Notes under the pieces: generated by a model
Databases searched by the model: none
What the model was told of the DNA's origin: nothing
The model's input: only the letters and a program-made list of their open reading frames with translations
Made by a program: the position numbers and the translations under genes
Assembly: GCF_040938485.1 (NCBI RefSeq)
Contig: NW_027271175.1
Coordinates: 1,302,001 to 1,366,000 of the forward strand
Direction: 5' to 3'
DNA length: 64,000 nucleotides
Source of the DNA: Diadema antillarum
Taxonomy: Eukaryota
In this document: positions 24,593 through 36,919 of the stretch, piece after piece
How the letters are laid out: each line of letters starts with the position of its first letter
How positions within the stretch are numbered: the stretch's first letter is position 1

Positions 24593-24979
24593 AACACCTT
24601 GTCCACAATCACAGTACTAAATTGGTGACCGCCAACTCATGAAGGCCCAAAAATAAATGTAACAATTAGGCCGAGAATTGTAAACCACCCTGTGTACTGC
24701 TTTCAAACACTCACATGATTCGACCACACAGTCACAGGAATCACAAACTCTGCAGGGTCTACACCCATTCTACACTAACGTTTGGATCGAGTTAGGCCTG
24801 ACTGGTAGGCCAATCTGAGATGTCGGTAGATCTAGTAGTAGGTCTAGACTTTGTCTATTTCCGAAAATGATTTTGTATAAAAACACAGAAAAATAATCAA
24901 ATTACGGTTTCTCAACTTGAAATGAAGTCTTGATTTTGGGATCACTGTGGTCCACGTAGCAGATCAGAGTCAAAAGTAA

Positions 24980-25270
24980 AAACACAGCAGTAGGTATACA
25001 GTAAGGCCGCAATCACAATGCAACTAGCTAGGTAAGGTAGCTGCGCGTACACGTTAACGTTGCAGTACTCCGCCGCGCTGGTCTGTGAGACTTACCGGCA
25101 GCGCAGCGCAGCCGGCCAGCACGTAGTTTGCTGGCGCTTTGCTAGTGTGAGCCACAGAACTCTACAGTGAGCGGCCGTGCAATAGTAGCCCCCTGCGAAG
25201 CCGTGCTATAGTACCTTCGAGCCGTGCAATAGGCCCATGCCAGGGGCCTATTGCATGGCTGTCACTCTCA
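24980..25270 (-). promoter_or_regulatory. CpG-rich candidate promoter / non-coding first exon of MTRFR
   Basis: Local CpG/GC enrichment. Minus-strand donor GCCG|GTAAG at 25095 could splice to the acceptor ctgtttctgttcAG before 23686. No transcript evidence. Confidence 0.3.
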
Positions 25271-25397
25271 ATTAGTTTGATAGGTATTTTCTATTGAATG
25301 TCATGTGACATGTTCTTGGCCAATCACAATTCGACATCATTCTGAGGTGTTGTATAATATCCTCTGCTGCACACAGAGTATGCATGCACGGTAACGT

Positions 25398-26084
25398 TAC
25401 CGTAACGGCAACGGTCCGGTTTTTAGCTTTGGTGCGCCAAAAAGGAAGCATGTCTATAGTCACCTGTCCAGTATTCCCCTGTCTTGTCGGGCCTCTGGAA
25501 GGACAATAGTCTTGTAATGCCCTCCCACTTTTAGCAAGCTTCCATTGTGCTGTATGTCAAATTTGAATACATGAAGAGTTTGTTCGCAAAAAGCGATAAG
25601 TCCATATTTGCCAAAATGGAGATATTTGCGATTAAAGGTCAAGAAAAATAAAGAGAATAATAAGGATATTTTTGCTTCTTTTGACCATAACTTCAAAAAT
25701 ATACCTTTATATGTAGTGACCAATATATCATTTAAAGGGTATTATTTTGTACTTTATGACAGAGACCGTACTTCAAAATCTTCAAAAATGGACTTATCGT
25801 ATTTTGCGAACAAACTCTTCACATGTACCTTGACTTCTTATTTGCAGTTTTGACTGCAAATAAGAAGTCTGGTTCTGTTAGAATACCACTTCCCTGCTGA
25901 TATTGCTACAAAAAATCTTCATCTGGTAATATTGCTGTTCTTGATTAGTGACGTAAGAATTTTTTTTAGGTGATTGTATAATATTAGATTGTACCAAAAT
26001 TATTGATTTTTTTAACAGATCCATACATAGTTCCTTTTGGTGCACCATAGCAAAAAACCAGACCGTTGCAATTACACAATGGTA
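25398..26084. mobile_element. About 690-bp MITE with about 50-bp TIRs
   Basis: taccgtaacggcaacggtccggtttttagctttggtgcgccaaaaagga vs tccttttggtgcaccatagcaaaaaaccagaccgttgcaattacacaatggta. Confidence 0.7.
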
Positions 26085-26986
26085 TTTTCTGCGGCTGGGT
26101 ATAGGCCCTATATGGTTATTCTATTCTGAAATTCTGCGTATGCACAATTAAAGTTGCTAGGCTTTCGCAATTTAAAAATAAATACATTTACAAAAAAAAA
26201 GTCCTTTCTCCTTTTAATTTCATTGGTACACTTCATTCAAATTCGTTTCCACCTCGAGCAATCAATTAGCACGGTAGTATCATGGCTTTTATTCCACAAT
26301 CATTAACAAAATCATGTGTTTTCATCACTGCATCTTTATGCTTTAAGCTGCACTCAACGTGCCCATGTCTTTTCATTTATTTTTGCATATGGATAGGTAC
26401 ATGCATTATATTGTTACAGATTTCATGAAATCGCCTAATTCCACCCCCAATAGCATTTTCAATTTCACTTGCAATTCCAGGAAATGTTCATTTCCTTTAG
26501 GGAGGTGAGTATCTCCTAATTCCCACCTCCCTGTTTCCTTTGACTTTAATAGGCATACCATTATATCTCCTTTTTGTGATAATCCGTGCTCTTGGAACCA
26601 ATAATATAGGCTTCCATTATAGGGCTGATATATCGGCCCTATAATGTCTTCTCTCTTTTTTTTTTTTTTTTGGGGGGGGTCATATTCTTTAATTCTTCTC
26701 CTTTTTTTTCTTTCATTAGGGACCGGGTGCTTGGTACACTATAAGGTACTTATTGATTTAAAGATTTGATTTAAGGAGATCGAGTTCTTCATTGGGTATT
26801 TTCTTGGCAGTCGCGAGACATCTCGGGAGATAGGACTAGGTGTGTCTATATACCACAGAAATAATCGGTCCTATTCTGCTTTTCTTTTTCTGGAGTGAAA
26901 TCGCTAACTATCCATCTTTCTAACAAGTAAAACTCAAAATGCATTCTATGTGCCCCATGGTTGATAAATACATCTTGCCCCCCTAG

Positions 26987-27523
26987 TGTGGATTGAGTGA
27001 ATGCCTAACGTGTACTATCGCACGTCAGACAATCGGACAATCCGTACAAATATTACATATTTCCATACCGTGTTTTTTTTTTCAGTTCCGTCATCGCTGG
27101 TTGATAACTAGAATATAGAATAGATAGTTCGTGACGTCTCCACAGGACAACGATACAAAAAAATATATATATATATAAAGAATTCAACACATTGCTTTCA
27201 CATTTCTAGCATAATGGAAGAGCACTTGACTATACCTCGATCTTTCAGAAAGCAAGGAAAAAAACAATACCCTTAAAGTGTCAGTAACAAATTCATCAGA
27301 GAAAGTGTACTTTTCATTTAAAAAAAAATATCAAACTTTCTTTATATTTATTTTTGTTGTCCTGAGTTGACGTCACGAAATGTTGTAGTATTAATCTCAT
27401 CAAGCGATGGCAGAATCGAAACTTTAAACATTTTAAAACTTTGAACGTATTGTCCGATTTTCCTCGGATTTCACTGACGTGTTCCCTGACCCTATATATA
27501 TTTTGCTGCATTCACTCAATCCA
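26987..27523. mobile_element. Degenerate member of the tggattgagtgaatgc TIR family
   Basis: tgtggattgagtgaatgc at 26987 and its inverse gcattcactcaatcca at about 27508-27523. Same motif as in 17830-18510 and 63067-63628. Confidence 0.45.
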
Positions 27524-28590
27524 TTATTTCGATTTCATTCCCCTTTGACAGTGTTCCAGTGTATGCGGTTATATGTTCTGTGTAGTCCAAGTGACTGAGT
27601 CACGTGGTATATTCTCAATTTAGTATGTATACTCATGTAGGTGTCTTTATTATTAATCTAGTATTCATATGTATTTGATGTGATATACATCATAAACGAT
27701 AAACATGATAAATGTAACAGCCAAGTCGCTGCTGCTTTGAAAATATCTCATTATAGAGGAACGCATTCTTCATCAGTCCACTTTTTATCATTTTAGTCTT
27801 TTCTTAAACCGCACAGGATAAATATGATCGTAATGAAGATATCCTCAAAGCAAAATTTTCTTTGTTTAATCCATGATAGTACGTTGTGATCAGTACAACA
27901 ACAACAATGCAAAGTTTGCACACATGACGTCTTTTGCACTGGTCATGATTTATTTCAGTGATGAAACCTGTGTCGGAGCTGGAAATTTTTATTCCAAGCC
28001 ATTAAATCAACCTTATAGGTTACGATCTAATCAATATAGTACTTTCTATTACACCCAAATGATCCAACAATATGATGTATAATGAAGCATACACTTACAT
28101 GCTTTCCATGAATCCAAGGTAATTTTGTGAAGTTTCTTCAGAAATTGGATGCAGGTTAAAAAAATTGAACGTTAAATGATCAGCATTCGACATAGGGTCT
28201 ATTCATTAGCAATATCAAAAATATTTGCTATATAGTTGAACATGGTTATGTGGCATGCAAAAAAAAATAAATAAATAAAGAATAGAGCCCACGCAAATCA
28301 ATACAAACTGCTGTAACACAAGCGCTGTCATTTTGATATAGGGTACCTATTGCATTGTAATGCGACTTGATGAATGCAAATTCTGAGGCTAGTTAAGTCC
28401 GCGAAGAGTCCTCCCTGTATGCCCCATCCCACTAAACACACACATACTATACATTCACACATTACAATTATACATAACATACATACCAGCACAGCATTCA
28501 TCCATGCAGACAAGGATACGTTCGGGAAATGGGGGGGGGGGGGGGGGCGAGAGTTCATATACAGAGAATCTATACATGGTGCAGAGCAGT

Positions 28591-28593
<3 letters not shown>

Positions 28594-28633
<40 letters not shown>
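28594..28633. repeat. (AC)n microsatellite; similar tracts at 13914-13937, 33872-33900, 36415-36438, 36883-36917
   Basis: Directly visible dinucleotide repeats. Confidence 0.95.
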
Positions 28634-28636
<3 letters not shown>

Positions 28637-30519
28637 AAGATAGGGCCTTTACTTACACTTTAAAGATCATGAATTGACATTTACGCAAATAGTTGCTTCC
28701 TAAAAAAATCAGGCAGCAATATAATCACGTGATAGTTGTATTTTGATTTGAATAAGTCTATAGGTTTGTACAAGAACCTCAGTATACTTCGCAGAATTTC
28801 TGGGAAGAATTTATGACATCAGTTTGATAAGAAAAAAAATCCAGTACGTGTCATAGAACATTAATAGTGACGTCATTACATTGAGATTACTTTGCAAATT
28901 TTCAGACTTGAACACTAGCCGTATATAGGCATCAAAACATTTCCAAGACCATGAAATTTGATTCTTTTCTTGAGCGAATGTGATTTTGATGTGTTTCCCG
29001 CTTGAAACATTGTAACAAAAATGAAATGAGAGGTCGGATCTATTCATGTGACTGGTCGGATAACTGTAGAATGCATAACCACGTGGAACAGTTACTATAT
29101 ACATGTATATCAAAGTCTCAGAAAATGCAGAACAAATTGACACTAATCCCAACAATATAGAAACCATGACAATACCATTGTCAATTAATTTCTGTAACAC
29201 AGTGACATGACTAGGGATCGCAAAATGAAAGTCTTGATCATGGAATTGGCAAACTTCCGTTGTAAATCCACTCAAAATGTTGATATCTTTAACTTTTTTA
29301 TTCTTTATTTGTTTGTTCGCAACTTGTAGTCTGTCAAGTTGATCGACCCAGCATAGAGGACAAAGCATGGACCAACAGAGAGAGAAGGAAGACTTTCATA
29401 GTTTCAAGAATATACCTAATTTAGTCATGTTGCGCGAAGATCGAACAAGAGTATCAATAAGAAAAGCTGGAGATGTATGATATTGTTACATGGTTTTACA
29501 TGAAGAATAACGTAGCCGATAGACTTCATGTCAGATGATTTACTGACATCTGAACATTTGACACTTTCTCAAAACCATTCAAGTTCGCTCACGTTCACTG
29601 GTCAGCTGCCCACTTGTATACTATGAACATCATTTCTAAGAAATTCTTTTTAAATGCCGCGGCTATGATATGTCGACCACGGGTTGACTTCATTATTCTT
29701 GCAAAGGCAGTAGTCAACTAAATGATATAATGAGGAATAACAGATATCAAAATGAACTATTCAGATTATAATAGTGCGCATTTCGATTTTTTTTTTCTTT
29801 TCCAATCCCATGATTGGTCTGATCACATCATGTACATTGCAATAGGCTTCATCCGACTTTTTTTTTTTGCTTGATTGCGATTTGTTTGTTTGGTGTTGTT
29901 GTTGTTGTTGTTGTTGTTATTTTACATGGTATATGCATGTACCAGCCTTCCAATGTACATAAGTGAATGTATTCACACCTCACCTTTTCTTCCTGTCTAG
30001 ATATAGGACTGTATATATACGTACAATCCTCTGGAAAATCTACCGCTTGCATACAGATATTCGCTCTATTAAAGGTGCCACGTGGATTTGAATATACCAT
30101 ATCACACTATATGATACTAAAACCATGGTCCAGTGATCAACAAAGACAGGCAACGGCAGCAAGACAACACTTCACTGCATAAGGCTTGAGAAAGTCCTCA
30201 GCGGAGTAGGACCAAAGCTTACCCACTACAATTAAAGGTTGGTAGAAGCTTAAACATTTAAATTCATATCACACTACAGAAAGCAAGAAAAAAATACAAA
30301 AAGTTCGATGTAGAGTCTACAGCATTAACATCATTGTACATAGCGTTTCCCCGAGGCAGACTTATTTCACATAAGAATATATTTTGTGTGTATGTTTCCG
30401 TGCTTGTGTCTGTCTGTATCAAATGTGTGCATAATGCGTGAGTGTATGTTCCTATAACTTATAAGATATTTCTAGCGATGAGCTAACGCCTTTTCGAACG
30501 TAATATTATATAGAATTAC

Positions 30520-30718
30520 CTGGGTCCCGTTGCATAAAACTTTTTTAGCAACCTTAAAAAATTCAGGTTGGGATTTGCCCAACCTGAATTTTTTAAGGTT
30601 GCTAACCTAAGAATGTAAAATCCGTTGCATAAAAACTCTGGTTGGGAGCTTCCAACCGGAGTTTCGTGATTTCAACCGGAAAAAAAATCCGGTTGGAGTT
30701 TTATGCAACGGGCCCCGG
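30520..30718. mobile_element. MITE with GGGTCCCGTTGCATAAAACT TIRs just 3' of the TRIM stop codon
   Basis: ctgggtcccgttgcataaaact / agttttatgcaacgggccccgg. Internal perfect 28-bp inverted repeat at 30545-30605. Confidence 0.8.
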
Positions 30719-30868
30719 GTCCCACAATAATCTCTTTCCGTGAAAGAGCCCTCGATTCAAACATGAATTTTTTGAAGACTATACTGCAAGGAGAATCGCG
30801 ATCGTATCTTGAAGAAATCAGTTTACTTCTATAATGTCACAATCATTGTTGTCGCACCAAGGGGTCAT

Positions 30869-32764
30869 CTAATTTGTCGGCATTTGTTGATTGATGTGCG
30901 TGCCTGTAAAAATGTAGAGCTTATCTGTGGTGCAGAATGCGATCTCACCCGACAGATATTCTTGCATGTAGAACCACTCCCTTTTGGGAATTTCGATCTT
31001 TTGATTCTTGACAAGAGTTCGTACGTACTTGAGGTCGACGGTGAAGAGATCGATGATGAGCAGCTTTTCGATATAATTCACCCAGCCAATCAGAATGTTG
31101 TCGTCGTGACGTACAGCGGGAAACGCCCAAAAGAAATCCGCGTCTTTACTGACGAGATGTTTCGTCACACCCGACTCGTCTATCAGACGTATTGTATTCT
31201 TATCACTCCTAAACACCAAGTCCTTGCGGAAGTTCATTGCAAACACTTGCTGAGGACTGAAGTCGCTGCATGGCATCTCTCGGATTGCCTTGCCGCCAGA
31301 TGGCGTGAACACCTGAATCTTCTTGCACTTCCTGTAGCTTACAAAGATTTGTTCTTCACCATCAGTCGCCAGACAGGCAGACCCGACGTCACCATGACTG
31401 AGATTGTCGAATCGGCTTGGGAGCCGCTCAAACTCGGGCGTGTACAGAGACATGTTGTTCGAGATGGTCAGTACAACGGCTCGACCATCCGACAGAAAGG
31501 AGATCTCCCTGACTTTGACATTCTTCAAGACAGTCTGACATAGTTCACCATCTCTCGAATAAATGTGGACCCCTTCGAAGCACGACCCTAAAGCCATCTT
31601 GCCATCTGATGTGGGAGCTAAAGCATTCATGCTGTTTTTCATAGGCAGCTTCACTTCTTTCTCCAGCTTCCACTCGATTTTAACGACATCCCCGAAGTGT
31701 AATTCGTTATACCCCTTGCATCTTATGAATTTCACACTCTTGGTGTTGTTCTCCAACTCCTTGACGACGTCACTGTCAGGATTGTCCTTATCAAGTAGTC
31801 CAGATAGAGCTTTGCATCGAGAATGGGTTACAGCGACAGCATCACCTTCTAGAGGATTCTTGAGACATTTCTGTACTGATTCGCTGCCTCTCTCAATTTT
31901 CGAAATGAACTTGTCATTCACAAGTTCAAGTTCCTTGAATTGCCGTTGAACTGCTTCCTTCTCCTTTTCCAGCGTTTGCATGAGTTGGGTCTTTCGCTCA
32001 GTCAACTTCTTCACGGCATTTAGACGGATTACTTTGACGTGTGCTATTTCTCGTTCGAGGTGCGATACTGCGCTCCTTTCCTTCTGCTCGACGTACTCAG
32101 CATATGCCTTCAGTGTTCTCATTTTGTCCTTCACTGCATTGTCCAGTTTGTCCAGTTTACTCACTCTACTCTTGTTGTATTCTGAATAACTCAACACAGA
32201 GTGACCCTTCTTTTCATGATGAAGCACGCGGCATTCTATACAGACGGTCTTTCGGCAGTCAATACAAATGTCTGTACACAGATGAATTCCATCCTCTTCT
32301 TGTGGGTGGTTCTGACACGGGATCTTTCTTTCGACCCTCACCTTACCCCGCCTGATATCTTCCACACTGACCACTCGGTGCTTCGAGTTGATTCTCCAGG
32401 CGTTGTGCTTGCCCTGGCACTGCTCACACATGTACAGCTCGCAGTCCTGGCAGTAAGTGACGGCGGGGGAGTCGTCCACCGATCCACAGTGAGTGCATTG
32501 CTGCTTCGCGCTCTTCATCTGGTCCAGCAAAGATCCCATCTCCTTGTCCGCTCTGAGATTGCCGGCGTCGCCGCCCAAGATTATGGTAGTGTTGTGGCAC
32601 AGTGGACAGGAAATGTCGCTGTCTTCGCCATTAGATCTGTGAAGGTGGCGGAGACAGCTCGTGCAAAAGGTATGAGGGCAAGCCAGGAGTTTGGGTTCTT
32701 TGAGATATTCCTGACAGATCGGGCAGTGAAGGTTTCTCTGAACAATCTGCTCCAGCGACGCCAT
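30869..32764 (-). CDS. Intronless TRIM E3 ubiquitin ligase (RING-HC, two B-boxes, coiled coil, C-terminal NHL-like beta-propeller), 631 aa
   Basis: RING CPICQEYLKEPKLLACPHTFCTSC...CPLC; B-box1 CTHC...YCQDCELYMCEQCQGKH...H; B-box2 CQNH...CIDCRKTVCIECRVLHHEKKGH; heptad-rich middle; C-terminal strand-turn repeats (ALAPTSDGKM, SFLSDGRAVV, LATDGEEQIFV). 5' UTR acceptor ttttcAG before 32853. Orthology to a named vertebrate TRIM cannot be assigned. Confidence 0.9.
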   Translation of the reverse strand: MASLEQIVQRNLHCPICQEYLKEPKLLACPHTFCTSCLRHLHRSNGEDSDISCPLCHNTTIILGGDAGNLRADKEMGSLLDQMKSAKQQCTHCGSVDDSPAVTYCQDCELYMCEQCQGKHNAWRINSKHRVVSVEDIRRGKVRVERKIPCQNHPQEEDGIHLCTDICIDCRKTVCIECRVLHHEKKGHSVLSYSEYNKSRVSKLDKLDNAVKDKMRTLKAYAEYVEQKERSAVSHLEREIAHVKVIRLNAVKKLTERKTQLMQTLEKEKEAVQRQFKELELVNDKFISKIERGSESVQKCLKNPLEGDAVAVTHSRCKALSGLLDKDNPDSDVVKELENNTKSVKFIRCKGYNELHFGDVVKIEWKLEKEVKLPMKNSMNALAPTSDGKMALGSCFEGVHIYSRDGELCQTVLKNVKVREISFLSDGRAVVLTISNNMSLYTPEFERLPSRFDNLSHGDVGSACLATDGEEQIFVSYRKCKKIQVFTPSGGKAIREMPCSDFSPQQVFAMNFRKDLVFRSDKNTIRLIDESGVTKHLVSKDADFFWAFPAVRHDDNILIGWVNYIEKLLIIDLFTVDLKYVRTLVKNQKIEIPKREWFYMQEYLSGEIAFCTTDKLYIFTGTHINQQMPTN

Positions 32765-33868
32765 GGTTGCATGATACTCAGATTCAAAGCAGTCAGTGAT
32801 GAAAGAATCGACTGACCAGTACCATAAGCTACGCCAGCATCCAATGCCAAACTCTGAAAATCAAACAAAATAGGTACGAGAAAATGTGACAAAATGGCTT
32901 GGAAATTGAAAATAGACAACCCCATCCCTTCGGCATCAGAATATTGGTAAAATACTCATGAAATTTAAACACCGGTGACTGATCCAAACGAGTCATACTG
33001 ACATACAGGTGACACCTTCTCCTTTGCTAAATATTATACTGAAAATCACATTTAGAATTGCTAGGTCAGCTATGACAAATAAGAAGATAGACGGCATTTA
33101 AAGTATGTGAAAGGAGGTCTGACACTATGCCACAACCAGCATCGCACTTTTATGGTAATTCGTGATGTTGGCCCTACTCCATTCTTGAACCATAACTTAA
33201 TGTCCACATTATCCAATATAAGATGAACTCCGCCATAACTTTAGGATGCCATGCCACACTAACATATGAGATATTAGAATCCAATTAAAAGTTTTGTGTT
33301 TAAGTTTTTTAAAAGCATTCCGGCTACGGTTTATACAGCACTTTATAAGTCAATAAGCCAGACGACGCCGGATAAAAAAGGCTGATGGTAAAAGCAAACT
33401 TAACGATATGGAACTCCCAAGTCCATACTTACATAAACACCACGAGAACACGGTCCGAAACGACAGCACATGCAACATTAAATCCAACGCCTTACTGAAA
33501 TTGATTGTAATCAATGTCACAGTCATGTTTTAGTCACACCCATTATATTGCGTTCGTCGTTGCCAACGGGCAATCCGCACTAACAAGCCGTGGGCGACAA
33601 TGCAATATACATGGTCATGCGTGGAGCCATTTAAAATGGAAGGCGTTGTTCTACATTCGTCTTTCTGTTTAAATCTGTTTGATTCCTCGTCATGCGTGTG
33701 ACTTTGAATGATGTTGATACAGATATCTGACCTTGATTGGTCCTTGTGTGGGAAAACAATGTAGACAGCGTATTTATAGACGCTTGTCGTAGGCGATATC
33801 CTCAATAATACACATAGGGGGCCTACAAACAAAAACACAAATACACACAGACTTAAATGCGTGTAAAG

Positions 33869-33902
<34 letters not shown>

Positions 33903-34566
33903 ATAGGATTGAAATATTGGTTCGTAATTGTTAAGTCCGTTCTTTTTTTCAGTCAACAAGATTTACGTAAAACATACCTCAGCATAAAAATGATATGGGG
34001 GCGATATCATATAATGATGTATAAAAATGACATGTTCAATGTTATTGAATCCTGAAATCAGTTTTGTACACTCTTCTGACAACATTGAAAATTTCGGCGG
34101 TTGGCAGTTGAGTCTATAGGCCTATAAGATAACAAATCAAAATGGGTGTTTATATATTAGTGACGTGGCAAGAACGTGAATCAATTCAAGTTTGAGAGAT
34201 CGCCCTATTCTGACTGAGGTGCATATAGTTTTCAACAGTGATACATGTAGTTTGATATAATCTTCATCAGTCTTATACAAAATTCAAACAGTTCATCAAC
34301 ATCTGATTTAGTTCCTATACGCACAATAAAGTATAACTTCCCCTAATCAAAATGACAAATACCATGTTAACCAAATCGATTTGAAGAAAATAATTTGACA
34401 TGGGGTGTTTCTAAACTTATGCCCAAATCACATAATGCTCTACATCCGGCGTCGCGTCAAAAAAAAATCAAAACCAAAGCAAACAAAACAAACAACAACA
34501 ACAACAACTACAAACTTTTTTTTTCTGTGAACTCCCACGGATCCTTTCCCGGAGGTAAAAAATTTC

Positions 34567-35377
34567 GGGTGCACGTCACGAGACCGACACCCACGAGTCA
34601 TACAGCCCACTAGTCATACAGCTCACAAATCATACAGCCCATGAGTTATACAGCTCATTTCATTCGTTCATTTCATTTATTTCATTCTTTCTTTCTTTTC
34701 TCGGCAAACATAACACGAAATGAATCAGAAGATATAACATAGGCATGTATTCGACTTCAGTCATGGTAGATAATGGTTAACAAATACGAAATTATACATG
34801 CATATACCGGCAAAATGCAAAGTTATGTCTGAAAAAAAAAAAAAAAGAACCGAGAAGTTCACTGAAAAGCATGCTTGTAAATTGTGAACCACTCAAAGGA
34901 TTCTTGTGAATATATTTGTTTACAAAGACAGGACAGAACAAGACAGGAGAAACACAACGACATTACATGACTTTACAGAAGGGTATACCAATGACAGTAA
35001 TAAAACACAAAAGAGTAATGGAAAGAAAGGAAAGAAAGAAAAAGGAAATGAAAGGAAAAGCCAACACGCTGAACATCGGGATCGGAAGAGGGAATTGAGG
35101 TGCTTCAGAGCTCGAGCAGCTGAGCAAAGTTTGTACAAATAAGATGCTATGTAAAAGATACACAATAATGAAATCAATGATACAGCCCATAAGTTCGACA
35201 CTAAGCTAACAAGGCCCACGAGACCGACACATAAGTCCCGTGTTTTATCTGTCGAATTCGTGGGCAGTTTTTACAAAGTGTCGAACTCATGGGCCGTATG
35301 ACTCATGCATGGACCTGTTTTCAATGTCGAACTCGTGGGCTGTAAACTCCTGGGTGTCGGTCTAGTGGGATGACCCC
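34567..35377. mobile_element. GG-terminal DNA element with 16-nt subterminal arrays and 8-bp TSD (copy 1, carries an insert)
   Basis: gggtgcacgtcacgagaccgacaccca...gggtgtcggtctagtgggatgacccc, flanked by a perfect aaaatttc duplication (34559-34566, 35378-35385). Confidence 0.8.
34668..35180 (-). mobile_element. Probable 3' UTR remnant of a non-LTR retrotransposon nested in copy 1
   Basis: Absent from the compact copy at 45177. The minus strand is T-rich and ends AATAAATGAAATGAACGAATGAAATGA (poly(A) signal plus short-repeat tail). Confidence 0.4.
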
Positions 35378-35649
35378 AAAATTTCCTGGCGTGATCTGTG
35401 TCCAAGCTACGGATAGTAACGCTCACTTACGGATAGTCGCGCTTAAATTGCTGTTACTCGGGCAAATCTGCATCCATGGCGACTCACTACGAAATTGTGA
35501 AAAATTCAAAATTTCGCAAGCTATGCTACATTTGCACCGTGTTCCCGGCGCCCAGGACGACCTCGTTTGCTCGAAACGTAATGCGCCTTTCGTAAATAGA
35601 TGAGACATTCTCCTGTTTTCCCCCTTCTTAGTCTAGTCTCCTTCGTTCC

Positions 35650-36095
35650 AGCCCTCGCTCCGGTGAACTTAGATGATGACTGGCGGGGGAGGGAACATAC
35701 CGAATGTTCCACCCGAAGGGTTTGAAATGCTATTGAGGGAGGTTATAAGTCCCGAGACAAAGTCGAGGGACTTATAGCCTCCCGAAATAGCATTTCAAAC
35801 CCTGAGGGCGGAACGTTGGGTACATGTTCCCGGCAACAAAAGTCATCATCTGTTATGGGTTAGTCAAATACGTCAATTGCGCCAACGTCAACCACCAGCG
35901 CAGCACAACGCACTCGATCGCTCGCGCAGAGCCAAATTCACTGTGCGCGGGTCCTTCTGTCATGTGTTACGTGAATAATGTTCTCCCATTGGAGAACATT
36001 ACGAAAATATTCTGCCCATGGGCGAACATAACGAATGTGCCTCCATCACGTGACTGTGTTTAGCCAATCACTAACCGGTATTTGACTAACCCATT
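35650..36095. mobile_element. Second, more complete copy of the palindromic element at 1-262 (inverted)
   Basis: Reverse complement of 1-262, plus a further arm bounded by tatgggttagtcaaatac (about 35855) and gtatttgactaacccat (about 36080-36095). Confidence 0.75.
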
Positions 36096-36414
36096 TGATA
36101 TATTGCTATAAGACGTTGTTCTCAGGGGGAAAACTCTTTAGTTGTTTTTGTAGATAGTTCTATTCTCTCAGTGAATCATTGTTGTTACTTCATTTTACTT
36201 TTGATTACCGAAGAGATATGATTATCATGGTAGGATAAGGGCATGCAAATAAATACCATTTCATATGCAACGTCTGCATCATTGCACTTATTGTTAAAAT
36301 ATATCATCTCATTCTTCCATATACCCAAGTCGACAAAGCTTGATGATTTGATATACATCATTTATTACATATTATTTGGTGAGACTGAGGCTGGAGTCCC
36401 ATGTTAACTATTTA

Positions 36415-36449
<35 letters not shown>

Positions 36450-36877
36450 CACATAAATCATATTACCGCCACTTGTAATTGATAAATCATTACATTGAGG
36501 ACTGACTGTTTCATTTTGACTGTAGTTTCAGTTTTAATTCTCCACTTGTACAAATGCATAATATGACAAATCAACAATAGCATAGCATCTCATGAAAAAA
36601 AACTAAACTCAACTGAGTATAAGAGAGTAATAAGATGAATAAATGAAATCACGTGTATGAACATAATATCGTATATAAAGGTATTATTATGATAGGATAC
36701 GAGTTTACGAACGAATACACAAATAATTTTATATGACACATCGGCATTACTTCTTGAATGTGTTGCTCCATTCTCGACAGACCTTGCAGACAAATCAAGA
36801 TGATCATGATTTTATACAATAAGCAATTCTGTTTGATGATTGAGGCTGAGGGCCCAATAAATGGTGCGTGTACGCGT

Positions 36878-36919
<42 letters not shown>

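Noticed and set aside
28811-29368. 185-aa minus-strand ORF
   Set aside because: No domain signature, AT-rich intron-like composition and no splice partners. A tblastn search would be needed to rescue it.
30809-32815. Plus-strand ORFs of 244, 128 and 204 aa
   Set aside because: They lie antisense to the TRIM CDS; typical shadow ORFs with non-ATG starts or no motifs.
34590-34665. 16-nt periodic array resembling a CRISPR
   Set aside because: No unique spacers, eukaryotic context, and it is the subterminal array of a TSD-flanked transposon.
34906-35219. Lys/Arg-rich or hydrophobic ORFs (also 38017-38314)
   Set aside because: Translations of purine/pyrimidine-skewed repeat-tail DNA.
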